A stretch of 43,288 nucleotides of DNA from Octopus bimaculoides (taxonomy: Eukaryota), in NCBI RefSeq assembly GCF_001194135.2, contig NC_068993.1:9823035-9866322 (forward strand), read 5' to 3'. The notes under the pieces were generated by a model that was not told where the DNA came from, made no database searches, and saw nothing but the letters and a program-made list of their open reading frames with translations. Position numbers and translations under genes: made by a program. This document shows, piece after piece, positions 24,269 to 36,337 of this stretch. Position 1 is the first letter of the stretch. Each line of letters begins with the position of its first letter.

Positions 24269-24680
24269 TTATGGATAAACAAAATATATAAGCTATGAAA
24301 ATTGTATGAGTTTTGAAGATAAATTCTGTTTGTTTTTTATTTTATTTGTGTGTGTATTAAAAAGTTTTCATCATCATCGTTTAACGTCCGCTTTCCATGC
24401 TAGCATGGGTTGGACGATTAAATTTATTATTATGTGATATCTGGAATGCTATCCAATAGCAACAGGAATGAATTTTGATATTTAGTAATTTATAGAGAAA
24501 ACTCTAAAGTGTTTTTTTATTATTTATTTGGGTTTCTTTTTTCTTTTTTTTTTTGTAGTTCCTTCTAATTATAAGGTACAAACTCATTAAAACACACACA
24601 CACACACTCACAGTCATTCACTCTGATAGACAAATGTGCACACACATACTTAAATTTTCACTATTCCACATTTATTAGAA

Positions 24681-24845
24681 AGGAAGCAGAACTGTGGTTA
24701 ATAAATTCACTTCCCAACCACATGATTTTGAGTTCAATCTCACTGCATGACACATTGGGCAAATGTTTTCTTCTTATAGCCCCGAGCCAACCAAAGCCTT
24801 GCGAGGAGATTTGGTAGACAAACTGAAAGAAGCCATGTGTGTATG
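24681..24845 (+). mobile_element. SINE family 1 head and core, diverged
   Basis: cttcccaaccacatgattttgagttcaatctcactgcatgacacattgggcaa...ccaaagccttg...ggtagacaaactgaaagaagcc. Confidence 0.75.
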
Positions 24846-27800
24846 TAGGGTTGTGTCACCTCCTCTTAGCATTGCACATGATGGTTGTTAAGGAGCATCA
24901 CCATAATACAAGTGCTGTCATTTATTTTTGATCAGCAAGTGAGGGTTAGTGACAGGAAGAGTATCCAGCAATAGAAAATCTGCTTCAATGAATCCTGTCT
25001 GCTCCATGCAATCCTGGTAAAATAGATGATGATGACATTGATGGTGAGGCATATTGGCAAAGTCATTAGAGCATCAGACACATTGCTTTACTTCTGTATT
25101 CACTTCTGTGCTCTGAGTTCACATTCTACCCAAGTCTTCTTTCCTTTTCATACTTTGAGAGTGATTCTTTCTTCCTTACTCTTTCTTGCTCTCGGGATTG
25201 TAACTGTAATTAGGTCCTTCTGAATACTGTAAAGCAGTTTATCTGATGCACTAATGACCTTGCTCAAGAACACAACATACCATCTAATCTGAGAATCGAA
25301 ACCATAATCTTGTGATCATGAGTGTGATGCCCTAACTACTAGGCTACATGCCTTCACCCAGTGTCTATGTAAAGTTTAAATGGGTCCCCTGAGCTTTTTT
25401 GAGATTTAGGGAGTCCACCTAAAAACTTCCATCTTAATAATGTAATGCAATTTGTTTGTGGACACAGGCAAGGTTGAATGGTTAAGTTTGTTCTGCAAGG
25501 TCTTGATTTCCATTCCAATCTGCAAAATCTTGCACAAATGTCATTTTACCATAGTCTTAGGTCATCCTAAACCTTGAGAGAATTTTTGGTCAATATAAAT
25601 AGTTGGGTCCTGTTAGATGGATTATATTTGGGATTCAAAGCTCCAGTTTCATCACATATTGTCATGCTGGTTTTGATTTGGAATTTATATTAAGGGTGCA
25701 TGAGTCTGTGGAATACTTACATAGTAATTTATCATGTCAGATATCCAATTGAGCATTGAACAAACAACTAAATGCTCATTGATGAAGATGAGAAAAGATC
25801 AATTGGTGTACTTAGGAAAAAGTAACACTCACGTCATGAAAGGATTTGAACTCAGCACTGCAAGATTATGAAATGCCCAGTACAAGGCTACAGCAAACAG
25901 ATGGTGAGCTGTGCCTCTCCAGAGTATCCATTTACTGATAGTGGGTTGTGTGACCAATGAAGGAGTTCATGTGGTTGTACTTAATCTACTTGAAATAATA
26001 GCTAAATCTTCCTCAAATCACACTCTACTGCCTTAAAAGAAGGAAACCTTGGTTAATGTAGTCCTAGATATATTATGTCTCTAAAAATAAGACTGGGCTG
26101 CTACACAACTGTGATGCCATTCACCAGAGGTCCATTTGATCAAGGCTGACTTTGGGCTAAAAGTGAAAGGAAAAATAAAATCATTCTCTACAAATTCAGC
26201 CAGCTACTGCCCTTTTAAATTAGCAGAAAACACTAATTAAAATCTTTATTACAATAAATTTTCTTTGAGTAGTCAAAAGAAAATTTTAGACCACCCTTTA
26301 GAGCTTAAGACAATAAAAAATGCCATTTATAGGAACAGCACTCAAAAAACTATCTATATATGTAAATGTGGATTAAAAATCCTTTATTACCAGGAATTAT
26401 CTTTATGTAAACAAAATGAAATTTTAGACAAGCCTTTAGAGCTGGTCATCTACAGGGACAACACTCATTATGGACTATTTATAAATGCGGGTTGACTAGT
26501 GCTGCCTGTTATTAAGAACTTTGGAAAAGTTAATTAAGGAGTTGCATAGAGTTGTGATGTAGTGATGGCTTTCATTGTATCACCCAGCCACTTTTTTTTT
26601 CTTAATTTTTTTACTTTTTCAAACTAAATAAAGCTGATGATGGCTCCCTCCACTTTTTCTAACATGGCATAGCACTGCTATAAAAAAAAGAAAAAAAGAA
26701 ATGCTCTTTTTCTTTTCTCCTAAATGACAGCAATAAAATTGTTAAATTTTTCTTTTCTTGCATTATTTCATATCCACACAGCCTTTAAATGGTGACTCAT
26801 CACACTATTTGTGGGTTTTCTTTTTAATGAATATTTCTGGGTTTTTTTTTNNNNNNNNNNNNNNNNNNNNNNNNNNNNNNNNNNNNNNNNNNNNNNNNNN
26901 NNNNNNNNNNNNNNNNNNNNNNNNNNNNNNNNNNNNNNNNNNNNNNNNNNNNNNNNNNNNNNNNNNNNNNNNNNNNNNNNNNNNNNNNNNNNNNNNNNNN
27001 NNNNNNNNNNNNNNNNNNNNNNNNNNNNNNNNNNNNNNNNNNNNNNNNNNNNNNNNNNNNNNNNNNNNNNNNNNNNNNNNNNNNNNNNNNNNNNNNNNNN
27101 NNNNNNNNNNNNNNNNNNNNNNNNNNNNNNNNNNNNNNNNNNNNNNNNNNNNNNNNNNNNNNNNNNNNNNNNNNNNNNNNNNNNNNNNNNNNNNNNNNNN
27201 NNNNNNNNNNNNNNNNNNNNNNNNNNNNNNNNNNNNNNNNNNNNNNNNNNNNNNNNNNNNNNNNNNNNNNNNNNNNNNNNNNNNNNNNNNNNNNNNNNNN
27301 NNNNNNNNNNNNNNNNNNNNNNNNNNNNNNNNNNNNNNNNNNNNNNNNNNNNNNNNNNNNNNNNNNNNNNNNNNNNNNNNNNNNNNNNNNNNNNNNNNNN
27401 NNNNNNNNNNNNNNNNNNNNNNNNNNNNNNNNNNNNNNNNNNNNNNNNNNNNNNNNNNNNNNNNNNNNNNNNNNNNNNNNNNNNNNNNNNNNNNNNNNNN
27501 NNNNNNNNNNNNNNNNNNNNNNNNNNNNNNNNNNNNNNNNNNNNNNNNNNNNNNNNNNNNNNNNNNNNNNNNNNNNNNNNNNNNNNNNNNTCTTATAGCA
27601 AGAACTTAGTCCCAGAGTCTGAATGTAAAATAAATGACACAAGTTTCTCTCTCTCAGAATAAGTTTATTAGGGGTGATATTCTCAGACTCAGTAGAATAA
27701 GTTTTAGGGGTGATATTCTCAGATAATCTAATACATATCCCCTAAAGCACTGGCCCCAATTTTTTGGCATCACAGATCAGTCTCATGCAAAACAATTTTT

Positions 27801-29430
27801 CCTATGACTAGGGTCTCCTGCACACCACCAACAAAATTCCCAATGCAAAAGAAAACCCTATAACTAGGATATATGTAGAAAAAAGGAAGTAATTTTTCAA
27901 AATGAAGCTCTTTGCAGTCAATAAAATAGATATAAAATTTTAAAATTTATTATATGTAGTCCAGTCTGGTCTATGGTCTGCTGATTAGGGTACTACAGTC
28001 TTTACTAACCATAGTTAAATAAAATGCATAAAATTACACGGCTCAAATAAACAGAAATACATTACTAGTTTGATCTTTGATCCAGACTGTTAGTTCTGTT
28101 GTTTTCTCTCTCTTTCTCTCTCTCTTAGAGTCCTATTATTCTAAGATTCTAAAATGATCAATGTTTAAGTTGACATTGGGTTTCATGATGTACTGTCAAT
28201 CTCTCAACCAGGATAGAAAGGTTATCTACAGGTGTTGCCTGCTACCAATTCCTTTATAAGGTGCTTATAAATTAAGTGAACCAGATAAACATTTAATTCT
28301 CTCCTATGAAAATATTCCCTTCACTGGGTTTAAATTAGAGACTGTTAAAGTTAGTAATTCATTTATTGTGTTCACAAACCAGTTCATTCACTATTTCTTA
28401 CATGTACACACATCAAAGGTGTTTCCTTACCTTCATTCTCTTTAATGTTTAACATCCTGTTGAAAGTCTTCTAAGTCAAAAGCCCAGTCATATAAGAATT
28501 TTGTTACAGAACAGAAATGTATGATAGAAGGGAGTCAAAATGAATGTAAGCAAGGTTAGTATAATTCTTGTGATATCATACATTTCAGGACAGACTGGCT
28601 GATGCAGTTCTTTGTTGTGCTCTGTTGTATAGGAAGTTAATGATAAATGGATTAGAATTTTGTCCCTTACATGAGAGAGAGAGTTCTCACTTTCTTCAAA
28701 TGAATGTAAACAAAATTAGTGCAGATCATGTATTGTGCATTTCAGAGCTGGCTCAGTGATGCAGTCTTCTGTGCTACTGTGTTGTACAGGAAGTTAGACT
28801 TAAAGCAAAATAAATCTGTGTTTAATGTAATGTCTGTTTCCTTCAGCTTTCTGATTGCTGCCTCAATGTCCTCCTCCAAGAACACATGAAACAACTAAAT
28901 GTTTTTTTTTTTTTGTTTTTTTGTGCACTAGCTTGCCTGTGCCTCTCACCTTGATGGGATTTTTTGTAATTTTTAAGAAAAAAAGTGCATTCATTTGGAA
29001 TCCATTTGTATGATTTCTCTTTGCTACCAAATAAGCCTTTAGTAACTTATGTTTTTGTTTGTTTAATTATTGATTTATTTTATTTTAAGTAGATACAAGG
29101 TCAAAAGTTTGTTGGAGAGTGGGGTATGGCTTATAAACTCTAGCACACTATATAATAATCATTTCTTATGTGGGTGTAAGGCAAGAAATTTTGTAGGAGG
29201 GGTTAGTCAAAAGAACACCAGTACGTGATTGGCATTATATTTTGACTCCAGAAGGATGAATAGTAAAGGTAGCCTCAGCCAGATTTGAACTTAGATTGTG
29301 AGCTGAAATCAGGCTGGGGGTAAACTTTCATTTTCATTCTTCTAGGTTTGATAAAATAAAGTTATAAGCTCAATATAATCAGTTTCCCCCTAGTCTCCCC
29401 AAATTTGTGATTTCATGTCTGTTAGAAGCA

Positions 29431-29473
<43 letters not shown>

Positions 29474-29861
29474 TAGTGGTATTTTGTCTGTTGTTACATT
29501 CCAAATTGAAATACCACTGAGGTCGACTTTGCCTTTCATTCTTTTGGGGTCAATAAATTAAGTACCAGTTATGGACTGGGGTCAATGTAATCGACTAATC
29601 CCCTTCCCCAGAATTTCAGGCCTTGTGCTTTTAGTAGAAAGGATTACTAATGTGGCGGTGAGCTGGTGGAATCATTATTAGTACACCAGACAAAATGCTT
29701 AATGGTATTTCATCTGTGTTTGCATTCTGAATTCCACATTTATCTCACTCAGGTTGATTTTGCCTTTCGTCCTTTTGGGGTTGATGTTATACACTAACTC
29801 CATCATCCAAAATTTCAGGCCTTGTGTCTATAGTAGAAAGGATTATTATTATTATTATTAT
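29474..29861 (+). mobile_element. Two tandem SINE family 2 copies
   Basis: Core gaggtcgactttgcctttcattcttttggggtcaataaattaagtaccag at about 29519. A second head starts at 29652. Confidence 0.8.
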
Positions 29862-30764
29862 TGACCTACATTGATTGAAGAGTAAGCTCTGTACCTCTAA
29901 GATTCCATCTTGGAACAGTGACTTATCAAATAATTGCAGTCATTGTTCCTGGGGAAGAATATATTCTATTGAATCTGTTCATATATTTTGTTTTAAGGAC
30001 CAACTCAGTAGGATTTTGATCTAGGGGACATTATGTGATCTGCCACCCATCTGCCTTAAATTTTTTTATTCCCTTTCCTAAATAGTGAGATGCTATAAAA
30101 ATAGTAGTCTGTTGAAGTAAAAACTTTATCGTAACATAATTTCATTCTGTAACCCTTCCATGGTTATATTTCTCTTATGAGTAGACTGCCGCTTAGTTTC
30201 AATTAATTTTTTTTAATATAATCGAGATGTTTAGAAAAGTTTACTAAAATATTTGTAAGTTAAATATTCTGGTATATTATGTTGGTGTTGACAAACTGGA
30301 ATCTTATGATATCAACCTGGTTATTAAATTTTGAGCTAAGATTTTTTCACCTAAATATGAACATTCTGAGCAAACTCTGTTTTTAACATACAAAATCTGT
30401 TAAGAGAAGTTTCTCAGACAGAAAATTACATTTAGCACCATTCTTTCTTTTTACATTTTTATGCATATTGCTATTTTAATCTCATGCTTATTGATCTAAC
30501 AACACATTTGTTATTTAAACCAATTCATTGCCATATTTCTGTTGACATACGCTGCCTTTGTTTCAATTAATTTGGGAAAGTACGAAGCATTTAGTAAAAT
30601 AAATTTGTCATTAATTAATCTCTTGTTAGGAACATAAATTAACATGAAATTTTGTGGAAGATTTTAATTTAGATCACTTTAAAGCAGTAAGTTTCTATCA
30701 TAGATCCAAGAATGACCTCAGGCATGTTGGTACCAAAAGGCTTAATCTAATCAAGGTTATATAT

Positions 30765-31153
30765 AGGCGCGGGAGTGGCTGTGTGGTAAGTAGCTTGCTT
30801 ACCAACCATATGGTTCCGAGTTCAGTGCCACTGTATGGCACCTTGGGCAAGTGTCTTCTACTATAGCCTCGGGCTGACCAAAGCTTTGTGAATGGATTTG
30901 GTAGACGGAAACTGAAAGAAGCCCGTCATATATATATGTATATGTATGTGTATGTGTGTTTGTGTTTGTCCCCCCAACTTAGCTTGACAACCGATGGTTG
31001 TGTGTTTACGTCCCCGTAACCTAGCGGTTCGGCAAAAGAGACCGATAGAATAAGTACTAGGCCTGCAAAGAATAAGTCCTGGGGTCGATTTGCTCGACCA
31101 ATGGCGGTGCTCCAGCATGGCCGCAGTCAAATGACTGAAACAAGTAAGAGAGT
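30765..31153 (+). mobile_element. SINE family 1, full length and young
   Basis: aggcgcgggagtggctgtgtggtaag...ccagcatggccgcagtcaaatgactgaaacaagtaagagagta; CpGs largely retained. Confidence 0.9.
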
Positions 31154-32488
31154 ATTGATGAGATCTTTAGTTTGGGTACTTTCAGGTGGGTATGGAATTA
31201 AAAAGGTTAACAGTCTTTCTTCTATGTATCAGTGACAGATGTACCAGTGCTATACTGCAGTGGGTTTCACAATTTTTTTTATATACTTTTTAGTTTTAAC
31301 AGAATTTGGCAAAGTAATACAGAACAAAGGAGTCAACTTCTTATTTTTTCTATGGTTTACTAAGTAGAAAGGACATAGGATCAATAATTTCCATAGACCT
31401 TTCAAGACTAGTGAGATGAAATTCCTCTTCACTAGCTTAGTCTGAAGAACAGCTGTTCTCAAAGACTTTTTCCAGGTTTACAGACTAATGGTAGAGGGAA
31501 TTATTCACAGGCTGGAGATGTGCCTCCAATGCCTGCAACAGAGTGCACTCTGTTTATGGCACCCAAAAGTTAAGTGTTGGTGGCACTAAACTTGATGATA
31601 CATAAATTTACACCCCAAGAACAGGAAATGTTTTTGCTTAATGGTATCGTCATTGTTTCTGTCCACTGAATTCCACCCATTAGGTTTTGGTAAGAAAGAA
31701 AGAAAAAAAAAATGATCCAAGGTACTGTGCATTGGGATCGAACCTGAAACCACATAGTTGCAAAATGAACTTCTTAACCATACAGTTATACATGCACCCA
31801 TATGTAAACATTTGTAGTAAGTACATGCCTGATTGTATATGCAATTAGATATGTATGATTGCAAGGGGCAGAGGTGTGTGTGGGGGGAGTAATAGTTTTC
31901 AAAGAGCAACCAAGAAATATTGTCACTGTAGGGTGCCTGACTAAATCCCTAGAACATAAAGGGACATATAACTAAATAATTTAGTCATACGTCTCATTAA
32001 GTTCTAAATTCAAATCGTTTTTGGGGAGTCAATAAAATAAATGCATCTAAAGTACTGGGTTAGTTGAATCAATTCCACTCACCTCACCACAAATTTCTGG
32101 CTATCTTTATCATTGTCAATATTTAGTTGCATGAACGTCTCTGAAATGTCGAATCTTTTCCTATTTTTTAAATTTTATTATTTCTAACATACCAAACAGC
32201 ATTGTTAATTTATATGTCCCCTTCATTTCCTACTGATTTCCTCCCTTCCTAGATCTTCTCTAATATTTATCTCCTGAAATAAGTGCTGTAGGGTAAACAA
32301 TTATGATCCAGGAGTGTCTAATCCACAATCTGGTTTTATGGTTTCTGGTTCGAGTCCTTTACTTTCACTTTCCTCTATATTTCTTATACAGCTACAACAG
32401 TGATTTTCTGGAACCCTTAGCTCCAAAGCCTTTTCAGTTTACTGATTTTTCTGAACCAGGTGTGGTCACCTTCATCAACAAATATTAA

Positions 32489-32766
32489 CCCATTACCTCC
32501 CATAATTCTATTAACTGGAATTTTTTTAATGAAACTTTGATTTCTAGCATAAAACAGCCTTAGAAACACGCGGGAATGATCAAAATAACATTTTAAATAG
32601 AAATAAGCAAGGTATTGGGTGAAAAATTAGCAAACTTCATTTGAATATCAGAGGAATATACCTAGTAGATATAGCAAAAAGGTTAGATATGTGTAAATAT
32701 TGACAGATAATTACGAAATTTGTAATTTTTAAGTGATCTCATATGAGATCACTGGTAGGTAATGGG
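32489..32766. mobile_element. piggyBac-type MITE family C
   Basis: TTAA|CCCATTACCTCCC ... GGTAGGTAATGGG|TTAA, with an internal perfect 22-bp palindrome at 32732-32753. Confidence 0.88.
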
Positions 32767-33957
32767 TTAAACTTACTTAAATATTTAAATAAAATGCAGG
32801 TGCCTGTACATTAGTATAAATGATACAAATTTATTGATACTGTGCTGTGCATGGTACCAGTAAACTAGTCTGGTGACCACAGGAATTTGAAGTTCCTGCT
32901 CATAAATTAGTGTAGATTAAAAGGGGTTCCAGACCATCAGGGTCCAGAAAGTTGGTGTTGTACCTGTATCATTAACATTTTTTTAGGGTGAGGGTAAAAA
33001 TAATAGGTTATGAGTTACAGTAGGTGAAAAATAAATTAAACAGAAACATTTCTCTTATTGAAACTTTATTTAAAATGAATTTTCCATGACCTCTTTTTTT
33101 AAAATTTTAAATTAACGAAACGGTTGTTGGTTTTATCAGGGAAATGCTGGCTTCACATATTGTGTTATTAAAAGGAAGTTTTGTCTGGTAGAGTCCATCC
33201 CTCTACTGGCTATTTTAATGTTCTACAGCCGGAAATTTCAGGTTTGAGGAGGTATAAATGAAGCAAAATTATTCAAACTGGAAGCAAACCTATTCTACAG
33301 CCTCTGTTTGTCAGTCAATTCACCACCAATCTACATCTACTTATGCAAACTATACTGAACAAATTCATATAAATTCTGATCTCAAGATATCAGTTTGCTT
33401 AGATTGTATATCAGGTCAGGTCATATCAGACCAAAAACAAGAAATTTTTTTTTCCTTGAAATTGTTAAAAACTGAACTGAACATTTTTTTTTTTTTTTCT
33501 TTTTTCAATTTTTTTTTTTCAATAAATAAAAAATTCTCAATTAAAAAAAAACAAAACAACTGACAAAAATGAGCCTTTGAATAAAAGAAAGAAAGAATAA
33601 AACTAATTTTATCATTTTTTTAAAAACGTTGTTGCTTACTTTTAGTGTGATGTTTGAGTTATTGCTCTTGAGGTTTTTATTATTATTATTCTTTTTCAAT
33701 TTTAAAAATTTTGTGGAAATTAAAACAAATTTTATTTTAAATATAACTTATTAGGTCTGATGTTTATGAAAGTATTAAAATAAATCATGCGCAGGTTCAT
33801 GTCCAATCATCAAAGTTAAGCAAAGTCGAGCCTAATTAGAACTTAGATAAGTGACTGCTTAGAAACTTAGGTGCTGTAAGCATCTCACTTTTAAATGGTG
33901 GGGCCTTAGCATGGCCACAGTTCTTGAGCTGAAATAAGTAAAAATTGCTTTAGTGAC

Positions 33958-34493
33958 ATAGAACGAAAACTACTGAAGAGTAAAACAAAAATATGGACAA
34001 TAACTGTAAGCCAGTGTCAACGGCGGTTCCAGAAATTCTGAGGCAGAAACTAAAGCCTGGACAACGAGCCTCGTTCTGGAAGATCTGCAGAGCTCGACGA
34101 GGGCGTCCTTGCAAACCCTGGTGGAACAAAATCTCATCGTAGCTGTTGAACTAGCATAGAAGCTTGGATCTTGGTCATTCAAACATTCATTGGCATCTGC
34201 GTGCCATCGGGAAAGTCAGCAAGTTGAGTCAATGGGTTCCTCACAAACTTTTCGAGTCTAATCGCGCGCAGAGTGAATGCGCACTCTCCTTTGCTGTCAC
34301 GTCTATCGAATGAACCTTTTTTGGACTGAATAATGACTGGTGTTGACAGTGGGTAGGGAAAGTAGAATCATCGGCACCCCAGGCCAAAGGTCTTCACCCA
34401 CGTAAGGAGTTATCTATTTGGTGCGATATGAAAGGTTTAGTCCAATTTGAACTTTTAAAACAAACAATAACAAAGGAGATCTACTGTGAGCAA
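33958..34493 (+). mobile_element. Decayed mariner transposase fragment (HTH to start of catalytic domain)
   Basis: With frameshifts and stops: SQCQRRFQKF..SLDNEPRSGR..LDE..LVEQN, HLRAIGKVSKLSQWVPHKL (WVPHKL at 34233-34250), EPFLD*IMTG, GLHPRK..IWCDMKGLVQFELL..TITKEIYCEQ. Confidence 0.9.
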
Positions 34494-34649
34494 GAACTGG
34501 CAAGGCTAGGGGCCGCACCAGGTCCCATAGTCTGTTTTGGCTTAGTTTCTACACCTGCATTCCCTTCCTAATGCCAACCACTTTTCAAAGTGTATTAGGT
34601 GCATTTTATGTGGCACCATCACTAGTGCTTTTTGTGTGACACCTTGGTT

Positions 34650-34790
34650 TTAGGATACCATTTCTTTTGTAGTGGGCAGGTCTTCTTGAGTACATCAATG
34701 TGCTACATATCTCGGTTCTTTGTTATCTCCTTCGTAAAGCTCAGCATTTTGAGATCGGCCTTCAATACTTTGGCCGATATCTATTTAGCA
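34650..34790 (-). mobile_element. RTE-clade LINE ORF2 3'-end fragment
   Basis: AKVLKADLKMLSFTKEITKNRDM*HIDVLKKT resembles the RTE C-terminal DLxxLxLxxxxxxDRxxWR pattern. Confidence 0.55.
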
Positions 34791-35087
34791 CTGACTATGA
34801 GGAGGAAGAGTACTTGATGCCATGGTAGAGATTAATGATATTATTTTGGTTGAGTCAGTCTCTTGCTACTTAGAGTTTCGTCTGTAGGTGCACTGAGTCT
34901 TCAGGCAAGTTATGACGCTTTGTATCTCGTTATATATGTGTATGTGTTCTTTTATGCTGAGCAAAAATTCCTGGGGTTGAGTGATGTTTCTTTAAGTTAA
35001 AAAGATAAAACAGCCTGGCTGCTAGTTTACCGTTCTCAAAATATCGAACCAATATAACCAACTGGAAAGCCAAAACTAAAAACTCAA

Positions 35088-35460
35088 TGTAATACTCCAG
35101 CATGGCTACTGCTTAATGACACTACAAGACTATTATTTCATACATTACACCTGTCTGTTTTGTCCCAGCATGAGAACTATCTAGTTATACTACAAACAGC
35201 AAATGAATATTGTTTTATGCATTATACCGATCTGTAATGCCCCAGCATGGCTCCTGCTAATGACACTACAAACAGTAAAAGACTATTATTTCATATATAC
35301 CTGTCTGTAATATCCCAGCATGGGCGCTATCTAATTGTACTACAAGCAGCAAAAGAATATTATTTTATGCGTTATACCTGTCTGTAATGCCCCAGCATGG
35401 CCTCTGCCTAATGACACTACAAGCAGTAAAAGACTATTAGATTATTTATTATACCTTTCT
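35088..35460 (+). repeat. Minisatellite of 5 monomers (68-78 bp) alternating A-B-A-B-A
   Basis: Monomer starts at 35088, 35156, 35233, 35306 and 35383. Each contains ccagcatg..ctacaa...tta(t)acc.gtc. Confidence 0.9.
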
Positions 35461-35986
35461 TAAAATCTTGGTTGAAAATAAACACGAAATCCACTGAAAT
35501 TGGTTCAGATCTTTCGCTTGTCAATCATCAGTGCTACCCATTGCCGCACATTCACAGCATGGTTCTTTGCATTCTCAACTTCGTTTCTTACATATTTATG
35601 TTTATCCGCATTTTCAGCAGACTTTTCAATATCTGCAAACATCTTAGCTGCTCTACATATACTATGTCAGTCACTTAGCAGGATATGTTACTTTGGTTAA
35701 TGTCCAAAGTTATGTTTTCATTTAAATGCTTGCAAGCAAGAGAATTAGCCTTCCCGACGAATAGAAAGCTTCGAAGTGGCTGTCATGCAATTCATAAGCG
35801 CATAGTTTGAGTCCATATGAGTGGCTTTCTAGTTTTAATGCACTCATATTAGAATTTTACTGGATATATTTATCATTTGCAAATATGCAATTGCTAATAC
35901 ACCATCACAAAGATAGAGCATACACGCGCGCATGTTATGTATGTATGTGCGTGCGTGTGTGTGTGTATACACACACACATATATAT

Positions 35987-36337
35987 AAAAGTCTCCATAC
36001 ATAGGAAAAATTTATTTTTTTATAAGAAACTGTTCATAAGATCCCCTGATCTGCTCCTCTTGATTTCTATCTTTGTGGGCATTTGAAAGGCATGGTGTAT
36101 CGCGGAAAGATAAAAGACGTAAATCATTTGAAAGAACGCATTACCAACTCATTTGCACACGTATCACCAGATGTGCTATAACGAATTCACAATGAGTGGG
36201 GTAAAAGTAATGCAATGTGTATTCAAAACGATGGTAACCATATAGAGCTTGTTATATATATAAAAAAAACTTCTCTTAAACTGTTTCTTATAAAAAGATA
36301 AATTGTTCCTCTGTATGGCGACTTTTGAATCACCCTG
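35987..36337 (+). mobile_element. Internally deleted DDxD-type Tc1/mariner element (maT/rosa-like) with TIRs
   Basis: RSPDL-PLDFYLCGHLKGMVYRGKIKDVNHLKERI...MCIQNDGNHIE at 36039-36250. The right end ...TTTTGAATCACCCTG|TA is inverted relative to a ~55-bp remnant at 35987-36041 (aaaagtctccatacataggaaaaattta...ataagaaactgtt). Confidence 0.85.

Noticed and set aside
31401-31512. H/ACA snoRNA or SECIS reading of the palindrome cluster
   Set aside because: AGAACA and ACA boxes exist, but hairpin 1 lacks a bipartite pocket, hairpin 2 folds poorly, and SECIS core spacing is absent.
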